From a virus: 64,000 bases of DNA. The stretch covers positions 64,001 through 128,000 of IMG/VR virus record IMGVR_UViG_3300031722_000008; one strand, given 5' to 3'. Positions 36,101-44,331 of the stretch are shown one piece after another. Made by a program: the position numbers and the translations under genes. A model generated the notes under the pieces. That model searched no databases. It was not told the DNA's origin and was given only the letters and a program-made list of their open reading frames with translations. Each line of letters opens with the position of its first letter. The first letter of the stretch is position 1.

Positions 36101-36705
36101 GAATGTATCTTACTGATAATCCATTATACAGATATGCATATACTATCAAGACTAGCAATAATTTTGAGTTATCTGATGTTGATTATGAAGTTGATGAAGA
36201 GACTGGAATTATAATGATGTCGAATGATTCAGTGAGAGATAGACAGAAAGTTAGATTTGTAACCATACTAAATGATGTAGCTGAATTAACAACAAAGAAA
36301 AAGACTTTAATGGCAAGGCTAGAATTAGAGGATTTAACAGGAATAGCTGGAGCTTTAATTTGGCCATCAACGTATGATTCAATCAAAAGTAAATTAAAGA
36401 AAAATGAAATCTACATGTGTCATGGCTACTTAATGGTATCATCAGATGAAGCACCAACCATTGTCGTTGAGGATATGGAACTTATGGAAGAAATGGTTAC
36501 AGAAAGAGCAATCATTTCAGTTGATAGTAAAGAAGATGCTGTTGATATCATTAATTACATTAACGATACTGATATGGCAAAAGGTATGACTCCGGTTTAT
36601 CTAGTTTACAATAATCTCCAAACATTACTAACTAGGAATTATTGGATAAACTTAAATCATATGAATCAAAAATATGAAAATAAAATTAAAATAAAGATTT
36701 GGTAG
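33154..36705 (+). CDS. dnaE: DNA polymerase III alpha subunit (DnaE type)
   Basis: PHP domain (H.HT..S..DG, TEHG, ATNDCHY), GPGRGSGAGS, PDIDSDF, KMDFLGL, YAFNKSHAAAY; AGGAGG RBS before MACKF. Confidence 0.95.
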   Translation: MACKFYQLHDHTEKSLNDGMIKVKKLAKKLKEQGVDKFAVTEHGEMMDMPAAYLALKDEDIELIVGMETYVAPRKRSDKEKSEGDDANYHLVLLAENNEGYDNLKILASEAALNGFYYKPRVDKELLRQYHKGIIASSACLGGSINQFLLEDKYEEAKLEALEYLDIFGEGNFFLELQRHGLREQEQIEPMILRLSRETGIPLIATNDCHYLNKEDWEAHDILMAIQAGTTIDDTKRKIYTSHEFYVKSPEEMIHLFRDVPEAIENTVRIADRCHVELEFGVNKIPPFKLPNGYKGTENDFLREIVEGNAKIKYSGISEEVQERIDFELEVIERMGYVNYFLINWDFFRFCREGTYEIEDAPNTDWDPILTGPGRGSGAGSIVAYCTDITKIEPLQFNLLFERFLSPERVSMPDIDSDFEDTRRQEVIDYVVYKYGRECISQIITFGTLAARAVIRRVGKALDYPYAVCDKIAKSIPAEVGITIEKALAVNQSLRKAYDTDKSIKRLLDFSMQLEGLVTSCSTHAAGVLITDKKGVTAHVPLWENKGGIVAQFSKDYIEMLGLLKMDFLGLGTLGILGDAKRMIRANHGVNIDFDELYKLPTMEPLQLIRDGKTECLFQLNGAGMTAFMKELKPNSIEDIILGISMYRPGPMAEIPKLLYSKRNPNSITYEVDGLKYILDPTYGSIVYQEQCMQIVVAIAGFSKADSDNFRRIISKKKLKEMPKQREWFVHGRKKDDYDYEGHLRHYKADILGGVALGHSEEALNKLFDKMVDFAAYAFNKSHAAAYAFVGYLTAWFMKYYPVEFMAANLNAVQKNRAKIARYMNYARKELNLEILEPDINESVERFKATKDGKIMYTLSIKGASIDCLKRIVEERETNGKFENLIDFIARTRNFLDKKTYEGLIGSGALKCFGIIKSQHLAALDDFWDGCLKKTKDSEKNALKKNKDFNFEEILLGKIDGLLPNINEYPKDIDLRLEKEFLGMYLTDNPLYRYAYTIKTSNNFELSDVDYEVDEETGIIMMSNDSVRDRQKVRFVTILNDVAELTTKKKTLMARLELEDLTGIAGALIWPSTYDSIKSKLKKNEIYMCHGYLMVSSDEAPTIVVEDMELMEEMVTERAIISVDSKEDAVDIINYINDTDMAKGMTPVYLVYNNLQTLLTRNYWINLNHMNQKYENKIKIKIW

Positions 36706-36718
36706 GGGGATTTTAAAA

Positions 36719-36958
36719 ATGAAAACAATGGTAGAATTAACAAATTTAAAGAAAAAGGCAAGTGACTTAAGGGATCAATCAATTCAAGCAAAGGCAACAA
36801 TGAAAGAAGTAGATATCAATATTGAGAATGAAGAGAAAGAATTGAAGTCACTAGGGATAAAAGACATAGAAAAAGCTGATGAGGAAATTGAGGGATTTGA
36901 AAAGCAAGCAGAAGATTTATACAATGAAGCCTACAGTAAAATAGAAAAGTGGATTTAA
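36719..36958 (+). CDS. Small coiled-coil protein, possible linker subunit of split SbcC
   Basis: Helical hairpin with central LGI; lies between the SbcC halves. Confidence 0.6.
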   Translation: MKTMVELTNLKKKASDLRDQSIQAKATMKEVDINIENEEKELKSLGIKDIEKADEEIEGFEKQAEDLYNEAYSKIEKWI

Positions 36959-36963
36959 CTTTC

Positions 36964-36998
36964 TAATAAAAAGGGTGTATTATGCGCCCTTTTTATTA
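36964..36998 (+). terminator. Intrinsic terminator
   Basis: TAATAAAAAGGGTGTA-TTA-TGCGCCCTTTTTATTA. Confidence 0.65.
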
Positions 36999-37025
36999 AT
37001 TATGATATGAGTGGGGGGTATATAA

Positions 37026-37934
37026 ATGAAAAGAGGATGGAGTGATTTACAAGAAGAAATATTAAGAGATATATGTGATATAGATTTTCTAGTTCCAATG
37101 ACTGTTATATGTTTTTTGGTTCGAAAATCAGAAACATCTATCAGATTAAAATTGAAAGAGTTAGGACTTAAACGAGCAATATCAGTATGGTCAAAATCAG
37201 ATGATAAATATATAGTTGAAAATTATCCAAATAAAAATATAATGCTAGGAACTATGAGTATTAAGCTTGGCATGTCAGAGAATGCTATTCATATAAGAGC
37301 TTCAAGATTAGGAATTAAGAGGGGAATATCAGATTTAGATCAGTATCTGATAGATAATTATGGAAAGGAAGATTGTATTCCTAAGGAAATTGCTAGTAAA
37401 TTTTGCGTGTCATTATCTCATGTTTATAATCGAGCAGCGGAGTTGAAATTAGTAACACCTCATGAATATGGAGAAACAACTACATCAAAGTATAATGAAA
37501 TCACCCAAAGATATAGCAAGGATAATACAGTAGCCCTTGCTATATCTTTGGGTGTATCTGAATATACAGTAAGAAGGATTGCAAGTAAAGAAAAAATAAG
37601 AAAAGCAAAGAAAATTAAGAAACAAAACAAAAAACCTAAAGTTAAACCTAGATGGACAAAAGAACAAGAACTTTTTCTTAAAGAAAATTATTACAAAATG
37701 ACATCTAATGATATGATGTCAATATTTCATAAATCATCTTCATCAATAAATAGTAAACTTAGGCATATGGGATTGCGAGATGGTAGCCTAAAAATATATT
37801 GTATTGGATCCATTAAGTTTACTTATATTACCGAGGAAGAAAAAAGAAGAAAATATGAATATGTTACAATGTATCTACAATTATTAAATCAAAACAAAAG
37901 GGGAGATTATTATGTCATCAGAAAAGCTAGCTAA
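37026..37934 (+). CDS. Protein with multiple Myb/HTH-like repeats
   Basis: Repeated W[ST]...D..L.ENY....IA.KLG.S...I..RA..LG[LI] units. Confidence 0.7.
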   Translation: MKRGWSDLQEEILRDICDIDFLVPMTVICFLVRKSETSIRLKLKELGLKRAISVWSKSDDKYIVENYPNKNIMLGTMSIKLGMSENAIHIRASRLGIKRGISDLDQYLIDNYGKEDCIPKEIASKFCVSLSHVYNRAAELKLVTPHEYGETTTSKYNEITQRYSKDNTVALAISLGVSEYTVRRIASKEKIRKAKKIKKQNKKPKVKPRWTKEQELFLKENYYKMTSNDMMSIFHKSSSSINSKLRHMGLRDGSLKIYCIGSIKFTYITEEEKRRKYEYVTMYLQLLNQNKRGDYYVIRKAS

Positions 37935-38514
37935 ATATATAAGTGATATGAGAACTGATTTAGCAATAAAACAAAGCAAAAAATCAGAATTAGAAAAGAA
38001 ACAAGTAGGTATAGAGCTTAATATAAAAAATTTAAATATAGACGTTCTAGAAGAAACTGTAATAGTGTTAAAGAAGTTATCTAAAACTCAGCGTGATTCC
38101 GCGAAACTAAGATTAGAGGAGTTAGCTACAGAAGCATTGCAATATTCTATGAATGATACAAGAAGAGTAGAAATAAGGATAAATGATACATTAAAAAGAC
38201 AACAAGCTTATGTATGGCTAGTTGATGATGTAACAGGGCATGAAACAGACCCATATGAAGATAATGGTGGTGGAGTTATAGATATTTTAGGTATTGGATT
38301 ACTTATAATATCTCTACAATCAGCTGAACCACCAATAGACGGACCAGTACTTATCGATGAACCTTTTAAAATGGTATCCGAGGAATTTATTCCTGCTCTA
38401 GCAAACTTTATCAGAAAAATTTCTGATGATTTTGGAAGACAAATAATAGTAGTAACTCATAATAAATATCTAGCAAATACTTTTGATACAAAGATTGATT
38501 TCAATCTAATATAA
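37912..38514 (+). CDS. SbcC/Rad50-like ATPase, C-terminal half
   Basis: Coiled coil, NGGG signature, LIDEP Walker B/D-loop, IVVTH H-loop. Confidence 0.8.
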   Translation: MSSEKLAKYISDMRTDLAIKQSKKSELEKKQVGIELNIKNLNIDVLEETVIVLKKLSKTQRDSAKLRLEELATEALQYSMNDTRRVEIRINDTLKRQQAYVWLVDDVTGHETDPYEDNGGGVIDILGIGLLIISLQSAEPPIDGPVLIDEPFKMVSEEFIPALANFIRKISDDFGRQIIVVTHNKYLANTFDTKIDFNLI

Positions 38515-38531
38515 TAACTGGAGGTATACTT

Positions 38532-39290
38532 ATGAATAATAAGAAAGTTTCGACACTAATAGTCATATCATTATTGGCAACCTATAGTGTTGGCGCTACT
38601 TATGAATCGCATAGGCAAAGCGTAATTAAACAAGCAACCATAGAAAGAGAAGAAACACTTAGAGAGAACATGGAAAAAGAATTAAGCGACGCACGCATTG
38701 AAAGTGATACTAATAAGGAAAAGTTAGCCGAATTAGAATCTCAAGTGCAAGAAAAAACCAATGCATTGGAGTTAGCCAGGCGAAGTATTGAACTCCTTAA
38801 TACAAGAGTAGAGTTTGATTATAATGATGTAACAAAACCTTCCCATGCAACTAATATTGATATGAGAAGGGTACTTAAAGGAACTAAAATGTATGATATA
38901 GCTGATGCAATAGTTTCTGCTGAGGAGCAATACAAGAATGTGAATGCTTTTCTCCTTGCAGGAATAATTGCTCAAGAATCAAGTTGGGGAGGAAGTGATA
39001 GAGCTGTATATGATAACAACTTAACTGGTTATGGTGTTTATAATCCTGCAAGCAGGGGAATTAATCCTAATAGCAGATACCAAAGTGTTATGAATACAGC
39101 CAAATTACTTAGTCGAGATTATCTAACCCCAGGAGGAGAACACTACAACGGAGTTAGCTTAATAGCTGTGAATGAAAAGTACTGCTATCAAAAGGATATG
39201 AAGACTGTTGATTATAGATGGACATCTGGAATATCAAGTATAGCTAATGACTTAGTGAAAAAAGCAAATAGTTATAAGAAGGAGAGATAG
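38532..39290 (+). CDS. Membrane-anchored glucosaminidase (GH73-like) peptidoglycan hydrolase
   Basis: N-terminal TM, coiled coil, AIVSAEEQY..VNAFLLAGIIAQESSWG, NNLTG, KYC...W. Confidence 0.8.
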   Translation: MNNKKVSTLIVISLLATYSVGATYESHRQSVIKQATIEREETLRENMEKELSDARIESDTNKEKLAELESQVQEKTNALELARRSIELLNTRVEFDYNDVTKPSHATNIDMRRVLKGTKMYDIADAIVSAEEQYKNVNAFLLAGIIAQESSWGGSDRAVYDNNLTGYGVYNPASRGINPNSRYQSVMNTAKLLSRDYLTPGGEHYNGVSLIAVNEKYCYQKDMKTVDYRWTSGISSIANDLVKKANSYKKER

Positions 39291-39295
39291 TTGAT

Positions 39296-39754
39296 ATGGA
39301 ATTTTGGGTAGATAAATTCACTTTTGAAATAAAAGATTTAATTGAAAAAAAGAGAAAACTTATAGCAGAAAGAGATAAGATAAGAGGTAATTTCAAAGCT
39401 GCTGAAGCATATTTTACCAAGATAGGCAGTAAGCAAGAAATCCAACTTGGAGCAGAAAGAATGTTAGAATTATCTAAGAAATTTTTAGAGATAGATAATG
39501 AGATTTCAGATATAGATATAGTAATTGCATCTAATCTTGAAATCTACCTAGGCAATTTTACTGCAAGAGTTAAAATGCCAGATAGATTGAATGATGCTGG
39601 TGATTTAATAAGACATGATTGTGTATATGCAGTTCCGTTTAAATCCGGCGATGAAAACTTAAAGGAAGTTGTACCTGACGATATATGGTTCTTGAAACTT
39701 ATCAAAACTGCATTTAAAGCTACCAATGTTACATTTATTGAAAAGGAAGAGTAG
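39296..39754 (+). CDS. Hypothetical protein
   Basis: AAGGAG RBS. Confidence 0.65.
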   Translation: MEFWVDKFTFEIKDLIEKKRKLIAERDKIRGNFKAAEAYFTKIGSKQEIQLGAERMLELSKKFLEIDNEISDIDIVIASNLEIYLGNFTARVKMPDRLNDAGDLIRHDCVYAVPFKSGDENLKEVVPDDIWFLKLIKTAFKATNVTFIEKEE

Positions 39755-39757
39755 TTT

Positions 39758-40327
39758 ATGGAGAAAGTAACATTTAAGATGCATGGAGATTGGTTTACTG
39801 ATTATATAAGGACATTATATTATGGAGATGATCTAAACTTCAATAAGTGTAGAGATTCATTGATACAGAGCCTATGCTTAAATAATATCTCCGAAGAAGA
39901 AAAGGAAGAGTTAGCTAAATTAATACTTTTCGGAGAAAAGAGATTTGTCGGAATAAATAATTTTGATTTGATTGATGATGTTGATTTTGATGTTTATAAA
40001 TACAGTAGATTTTCAAGACCAACATTTCATTTAAATTGCAGAGGTATCAGAGGAATACTCACAAGAGAAGGAATATTTGTGCAATGCCCATATGAAGGTC
40101 ATGCCAGTACAATAGAAAAGATAGGTATCGATAAATGTGAAGGAGCAATACAATTTTGGATGGGACTTATGGGAGCTGGTGCTAGTAAGGATAAATGGGA
40201 AGATAATATAACTAAACAGCAGCACAAATTCTTCTATCAGAATATACACTATATGCATCCAGAACAAATCAAAAATTGGAAAAACTTAGTTAAACATGAA
40301 ATACTCATAAGAAAATATAACTTGTAG
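39758..40327 (+). CDS. Hypothetical protein
   Basis: Packed operon. Confidence 0.65.
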   Translation: MEKVTFKMHGDWFTDYIRTLYYGDDLNFNKCRDSLIQSLCLNNISEEEKEELAKLILFGEKRFVGINNFDLIDDVDFDVYKYSRFSRPTFHLNCRGIRGILTREGIFVQCPYEGHASTIEKIGIDKCEGAIQFWMGLMGAGASKDKWEDNITKQQHKFFYQNIHYMHPEQIKNWKNLVKHEILIRKYNL

Positions 40328-40339
40328 GAGGAATTAATT

Positions 40340-40546
40340 ATGCTGAAGAAAAAGTATTATAAAATGGAAGTAACAATAAAAGCACATGTGTTGGTACCAG
40401 CAGATGAATATGACGATAAAGAATTAGCAATAGAATGTATTGAAACAGGAGATATCGAGGATATTGCTTCTCAAATTAAAGAATGTAATGATGAACCTTG
40501 TTTTGTGTTTGTTAATAAGAATACAGTCAAAGAAGTAGAATACTAA
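40340..40546 (+). CDS. Small acidic protein
   Basis: AGGAGG RBS. Confidence 0.6.
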   Translation: MLKKKYYKMEVTIKAHVLVPADEYDDKELAIECIETGDIEDIASQIKECNDEPCFVFVNKNTVKEVEY

Positions 40547-40703
40547 TTCGAAGGAGATAATAATATGCCCGATAAAATAAATTGCAATTGTAGTATATGT
40601 AAAAAATATACTCCATATAGCGAAAAGTGGGTTTTAATATCAATTTATTTAGCCAATAGAAAAAATCGAAAAATAAGTAATTCGCAAAACTAATTAATAA
40701 TTA

Positions 40704-40719
40704 GTATAAGATATTAAAG
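40704..40719 (+). promoter_or_regulatory. Conserved phage promoter-like motif
   Basis: GTATAAGATATTAAAG. Confidence 0.7.
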
Positions 40720-40843
40720 AAAGGTGACTTCACCTAGAAGTGAATAATACTAGGTCAGTAAGATAGTCCGTATAGGGTGACGGAAAAATAACAACTCTAT
40801 TATTCAAATATAATAAATGTGATGAAAATCACATTTATTTTTT
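40715..40843 (+). ncRNA. Candidate ~125-nt structured small RNA with pseudoknot potential
   Basis: Bounded by promoter motif and terminator AATAAATGTGAT-GAAA-ATCACATTTATT-TTTT; no ORF; hairpin loops complementary to downstream sequence. Confidence 0.5.
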
Positions 40844-40867
40844 GCTCAAAAATAAGGAGGGGTAATT

Positions 40868-41041
40868 GTGAATTGTAAGGAAAAAGATTGTGGAGCGAGA
40901 TGTAGTTTCGAGTGCATTGTATGTAGTCAGAACAGAGATAGTGGAGAAGAAGGTGTAGTTAATTGCTATAGAAAAAAGTCACCATCAATAATTAAAAGTA
41001 TATTAAGTGTATTCGGAAAGAAGATAAGAGTTATACTGTAA
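40868..41041 (+). CDS. Small Cys-rich protein, 57 aa (not in ORF track)
   Basis: AAGGAGG RBS, GTG start; six Cys. Confidence 0.55.
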   Translation: MNCKEKDCGARCSFECIVCSQNRDSGEEGVVNCYRKKSPSIIKSILSVFGKKIRVIL

Positions 41042-41061
41042 GATAAGTAACGAAGGGAGAA

Positions 41062-41394
41062 ATGGTAATGAATTTTTTTTGGATGAATTTTTCATTAGGA
41101 ATATGTCTATTTATAATAGATAGGACGATGAGTTATTTTAAGGAAGAAAGAACAGAAACAGAAGAAAAAGAATTAGAATTAGATTTCAAAAGAAATGCTG
41201 AACAGTTAGAGGAAATGTTATCTTATATTATCTACAAACCTGGATTAGCTAATGACATAATAAGCTCTGTAAATATTATTAAGAATAATGTGTTTTTAAA
41301 GCAATTTGTAGTGTTTGTCTTTTTTCAAATTCCTGCAATTAATATATTCATGTTTTTATCGAATTTTAAAAAAGACAAAAATAAACCTTTATAA
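41062..41394 (+). CDS. Two-TM membrane protein
   Basis: AAGGGAG RBS; N- and C-terminal hydrophobic helices. Confidence 0.6.
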   Translation: MVMNFFWMNFSLGICLFIIDRTMSYFKEERTETEEKELELDFKRNAEQLEEMLSYIIYKPGLANDIISSVNIIKNNVFLKQFVVFVFFQIPAINIFMFLSNFKKDKNKPL

Positions 41395-41410
41395 ATCAAG
41401 TAATAATCTA

Positions 41411-41426
41411 GTATAAGATATTAAAG
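41411..41426 (+). promoter_or_regulatory. Conserved phage promoter-like motif with multi-hairpin leader
   Basis: GTATAAGATATTAAAG; leader hairpins ATTTAACAACA/TGTTGTTAAAT and CCTTA/TAAGG. Confidence 0.7.
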
Positions 41427-41539
41427 AGAGAAAGGGTTAATAACAATTTAACAACAGGAATGTTGTTAAATATGTCCTTAGAGATAAGGGTTTATATTCC
41501 TTTGTCTCTTAATTTTATTTTAAAAATGGAGGAAGAAAT

Positions 41540-42484
41540 ATGATAATTAATAATGAAAACTTCGGAGAAGTTGTAGCAAAAATGTTAAGGGCGGCATCAG
41601 AATATCACAAGGCAGAGAGATTTGATACTTGTGGTATTATTTTTGACAAAGATGATAACTCATTAAAACTAATCTCAGTTTGGTTCTTTGTTAGAGTTAC
41701 AAATGTAAAGATTGAAATTGATATTCCTAGAGGAAAGCCATTTTATAATGTTTTAGGAAAAGTATGGACAGAAATTCCTTATGAGAAACCAGTTGAATAT
41801 TACATGGAAAAAAGAGCTGAAAGTTATAACTTCGTAGGAAGAACAGAATACTATGCAAATAATATATTAAATATTATCAACAAGGAAACTGAGAAAGTAT
41901 TGGATTTAAGAGCAAGATATGTATTTGTTCAAGGATTTTTACCTCAAGGCTGTGCAGCAATAACTTTCAAAGAAGAAAATGGAAAGCCAGTATTTAAAGC
42001 GCCTAAGATACCAAAGAAATTTGTCATTGATGAAAATTCAGCAATTCCTGAAAAATTTGTTCAACCTGGGATTACTTATGCATGTACATTAAATGATTGC
42101 GGAGATACTGTAACTCTTGATGTAATAACAAAATTCGGAAAAACTAGATCAGGTATGTTCGTTTCAGAAGTTAAGTATGATAGTAAATGCCTACCTAGAT
42201 TAAATAATTTAGAAATAATTCACCCTGAACTAACTGTATGTTCTAATATATTAGAAACATCAGATGAAGAAATTAATATGCCACCAATACATCTAGGTGC
42301 TATGTTATTGTATGATTTGCTTAAAATACTTTTAATTTGCAAAACATCTAAATTCAACCTACATTATCAAGAAAAAATAAATGATGATATATGGATAGAA
42401 TCTGTACCAGAAGATGATGATGACGCAAAAGTATCTATATTCTTCCCTCCTTATGATTACTATAAAAATATTCAAAGAGGATAA
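41540..42484 (+). CDS. Putative highly diverged sliding clamp (DnaN-like fold)
   Basis: N-terminus MIINNENFGEVVAKMLRAAS...CGIIFDKDDNSLKLIS and C-terminus IHLGAMLLYDLLKIL...FNLHY...IWIES...VSIFFP follow DnaN domain patterns; by-eye alignment only. Confidence 0.45.
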   Translation: MIINNENFGEVVAKMLRAASEYHKAERFDTCGIIFDKDDNSLKLISVWFFVRVTNVKIEIDIPRGKPFYNVLGKVWTEIPYEKPVEYYMEKRAESYNFVGRTEYYANNILNIINKETEKVLDLRARYVFVQGFLPQGCAAITFKEENGKPVFKAPKIPKKFVIDENSAIPEKFVQPGITYACTLNDCGDTVTLDVITKFGKTRSGMFVSEVKYDSKCLPRLNNLEIIHPELTVCSNILETSDEEINMPPIHLGAMLLYDLLKILLICKTSKFNLHYQEKINDDIWIESVPEDDDDAKVSIFFPPYDYYKNIQRG

Positions 42485-42488
42485 ATAA

Positions 42489-43034
42489 ATGCAAGAGGAT
42501 TACCTAACAATGATTATAGCTAAAGACAAAAACTTATGGCCTAATCCTGAGAATATAGATGTTGAAGATATAGATAAATCCATATTTAACTACTTGGAAG
42601 AAAGAGAGCATTTAAATACTCCTAGGAATCAAGAGAAATTCTCAGAAACAGTTAACGATTTTTATCACATGGCACAAGAAGAATTTTTCGAAGAGAACGA
42701 AGAATACTTGATTCCTTCGCCACAAATAATTAGCGATATGATAGATGAAGAAAACATCAATATCATATCGCTATTTGTATTAGATACAGAAAAAAGAAAT
42801 AGCGAGGATAGGATAGAGAATATAATTAATATTTATATAAAAGAAATATCCTCTCAACTATTATATTCTGTCATAGAAGCATTAGATACTCTAGGACTAC
42901 CCTTCTCCGATAAAGATCATCCAAATGATAAGGCAGTATCGGAGGTGAGAAATAAATGCTTTTATGACCCTTATCAAATAAGAATGTTTGGAGATGAAAT
43001 ATATGACAGAAGGAAAATTGATAGAAATTGTTAG
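42489..43034 (+). CDS. Acidic paralog 1 with QxxMF motif (QIRMF)
   Basis: LIPSPQII...LDTLGLPF...DPYQIRMFGDEI. Confidence 0.7.
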   Translation: MQEDYLTMIIAKDKNLWPNPENIDVEDIDKSIFNYLEEREHLNTPRNQEKFSETVNDFYHMAQEEFFEENEEYLIPSPQIISDMIDEENINIISLFVLDTEKRNSEDRIENIINIYIKEISSQLLYSVIEALDTLGLPFSDKDHPNDKAVSEVRNKCFYDPYQIRMFGDEIYDRRKIDRNC

Positions 43035-43626
43035 CGATAAATTACCTGATGGAGTTCAGGATTTTGACAATATAGAAAATAGAATGGTTTTGTCATGGAC
43101 TGGTGATATGCCAGAAAATATGAAAGAAGTAAATGAATATATAATAGGGGATATATATAAGGAAGAGTGCATAAATAAACAAGGTATCCCTGAATTCGAT
43201 GATCTTTTGGAAAGTGTTGATATTCTTAATTCTGAATGTATGGCAGAGATAGCTCTCATACAAGTAGTTCAAGAATATAATGAACAAGGTATTGATATTG
43301 GAGATGTATCGGAAGAGAAACTCTCAGAAGATACAGCAGAGAAGGAAGCTGGAGTCCTAGACTTCTATAGTTATAATGGAATGATTGATACTAAACAAGA
43401 AATATTTAATTATGCTGAAGAAAAAGGTATGAGTTTCATGATATCAAATCATACAGAGGAGTATGATAATTTTACATGGGGAATTGAAATGTCAGAAGAA
43501 TCACAACTAGACATTATAGTTAATGGACCTCAAATACCAATGTTTCCAGAATTAGCTGTAGATGAATGTGAAAATGATTTTTGTAGATACGGTGGTTTCT
43601 TTCTACATGTATCGGAGGCTGTATAA
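43003..43626 (+). CDS. Acidic paralog 2 with QxxMF motif (QIPMF)
   Basis: GIPEFDDL...AEEKGMSF...NGPQIPMFPEL; start at MTEGK after GGAG. Confidence 0.7.
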   Translation: MTEGKLIEIVSDKLPDGVQDFDNIENRMVLSWTGDMPENMKEVNEYIIGDIYKEECINKQGIPEFDDLLESVDILNSECMAEIALIQVVQEYNEQGIDIGDVSEEKLSEDTAEKEAGVLDFYSYNGMIDTKQEIFNYAEEKGMSFMISNHTEEYDNFTWGIEMSEESQLDIIVNGPQIPMFPELAVDECENDFCRYGGFFLHVSEAV

Positions 43627-44331
43627 ATGAACGATATTATTATAAGATCTGACGAAGATGAAATTGTAGACAAAAGACTAGCTGAATTAACAAATCTACT
43701 TATCGTGGATAGTGATGAGTCTTCAGAAAAATATGTCAAGGAATTAATTGAGGAATTAAATAATATACCAAAATCAGGAATACCATGCTTAAGTGATATT
43801 CTTCAACCAATGATAGATAATAACGATACTGTTATTGATATTATCATGAAAACCCTAATAGTAAATGATAGAGTTGATATGCCAACAGATTGTGATAGAG
43901 GGGCTACAGACAGATCATCATGTGCAGAATGCGAAGAACTCTGCGAGTGCTATGAAGATTTAGATTACGAGATAAGACTTGATGAATTTCCACAATGTGA
44001 TGATACTCACTTGGCATACTTATTATATTACATTCTTGTGAATACAGGTATGAGTATGATTATGGAAAAGGATGATTACAATGCGTTCCCAGACTTCTGT
44101 ATGCATTTTGATTACGATAATGAGGGAATTTTATCAGACTACTTCACTGGAACAGAAAATAAAAACAAGGTAATAGTAAATCATGCTCAACAAATGATGT
44201 TCTCTGAAATATTTATGGAAGAGAATAATCAGAATGGGAGTTGCTATTGTTATGGGCAAAACTTCGCAATAATGTTTGATAATTACAATATACAGGAAGA
44301 AAGATTAGCCTTAAAGGAAGGAGGTAAATAA
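43627..44331 (+). CDS. Acidic paralog 3 with QxxMF motif (QQMMF) and Cys cluster
   Basis: GIPCLSDI...CAECEELCEC...LVNTGMSM...NHAQQMMFSEI. Confidence 0.7.
   Translation: MNDIIIRSDEDEIVDKRLAELTNLLIVDSDESSEKYVKELIEELNNIPKSGIPCLSDILQPMIDNNDTVIDIIMKTLIVNDRVDMPTDCDRGATDRSSCAECEELCECYEDLDYEIRLDEFPQCDDTHLAYLLYYILVNTGMSMIMEKDDYNAFPDFCMHFDYDNEGILSDYFTGTENKNKVIVNHAQQMMFSEIFMEENNQNGSCYCYGQNFAIMFDNYNIQEERLALKEGGK

Noticed and set aside
33154-36705. Intein or intron in dnaE
   Set aside because: Length is normal for DnaE, motifs are collinear, and no C...HN splice junctions or LAGLIDADG blocks were seen.
40767-40806. preQ1-I riboswitch or pistol ribozyme
   Set aside because: Pseudoknot topology is similar, but the ligand-binding loop cytidine (preQ1) and the P2/P3 and GCG elements (pistol) are absent.
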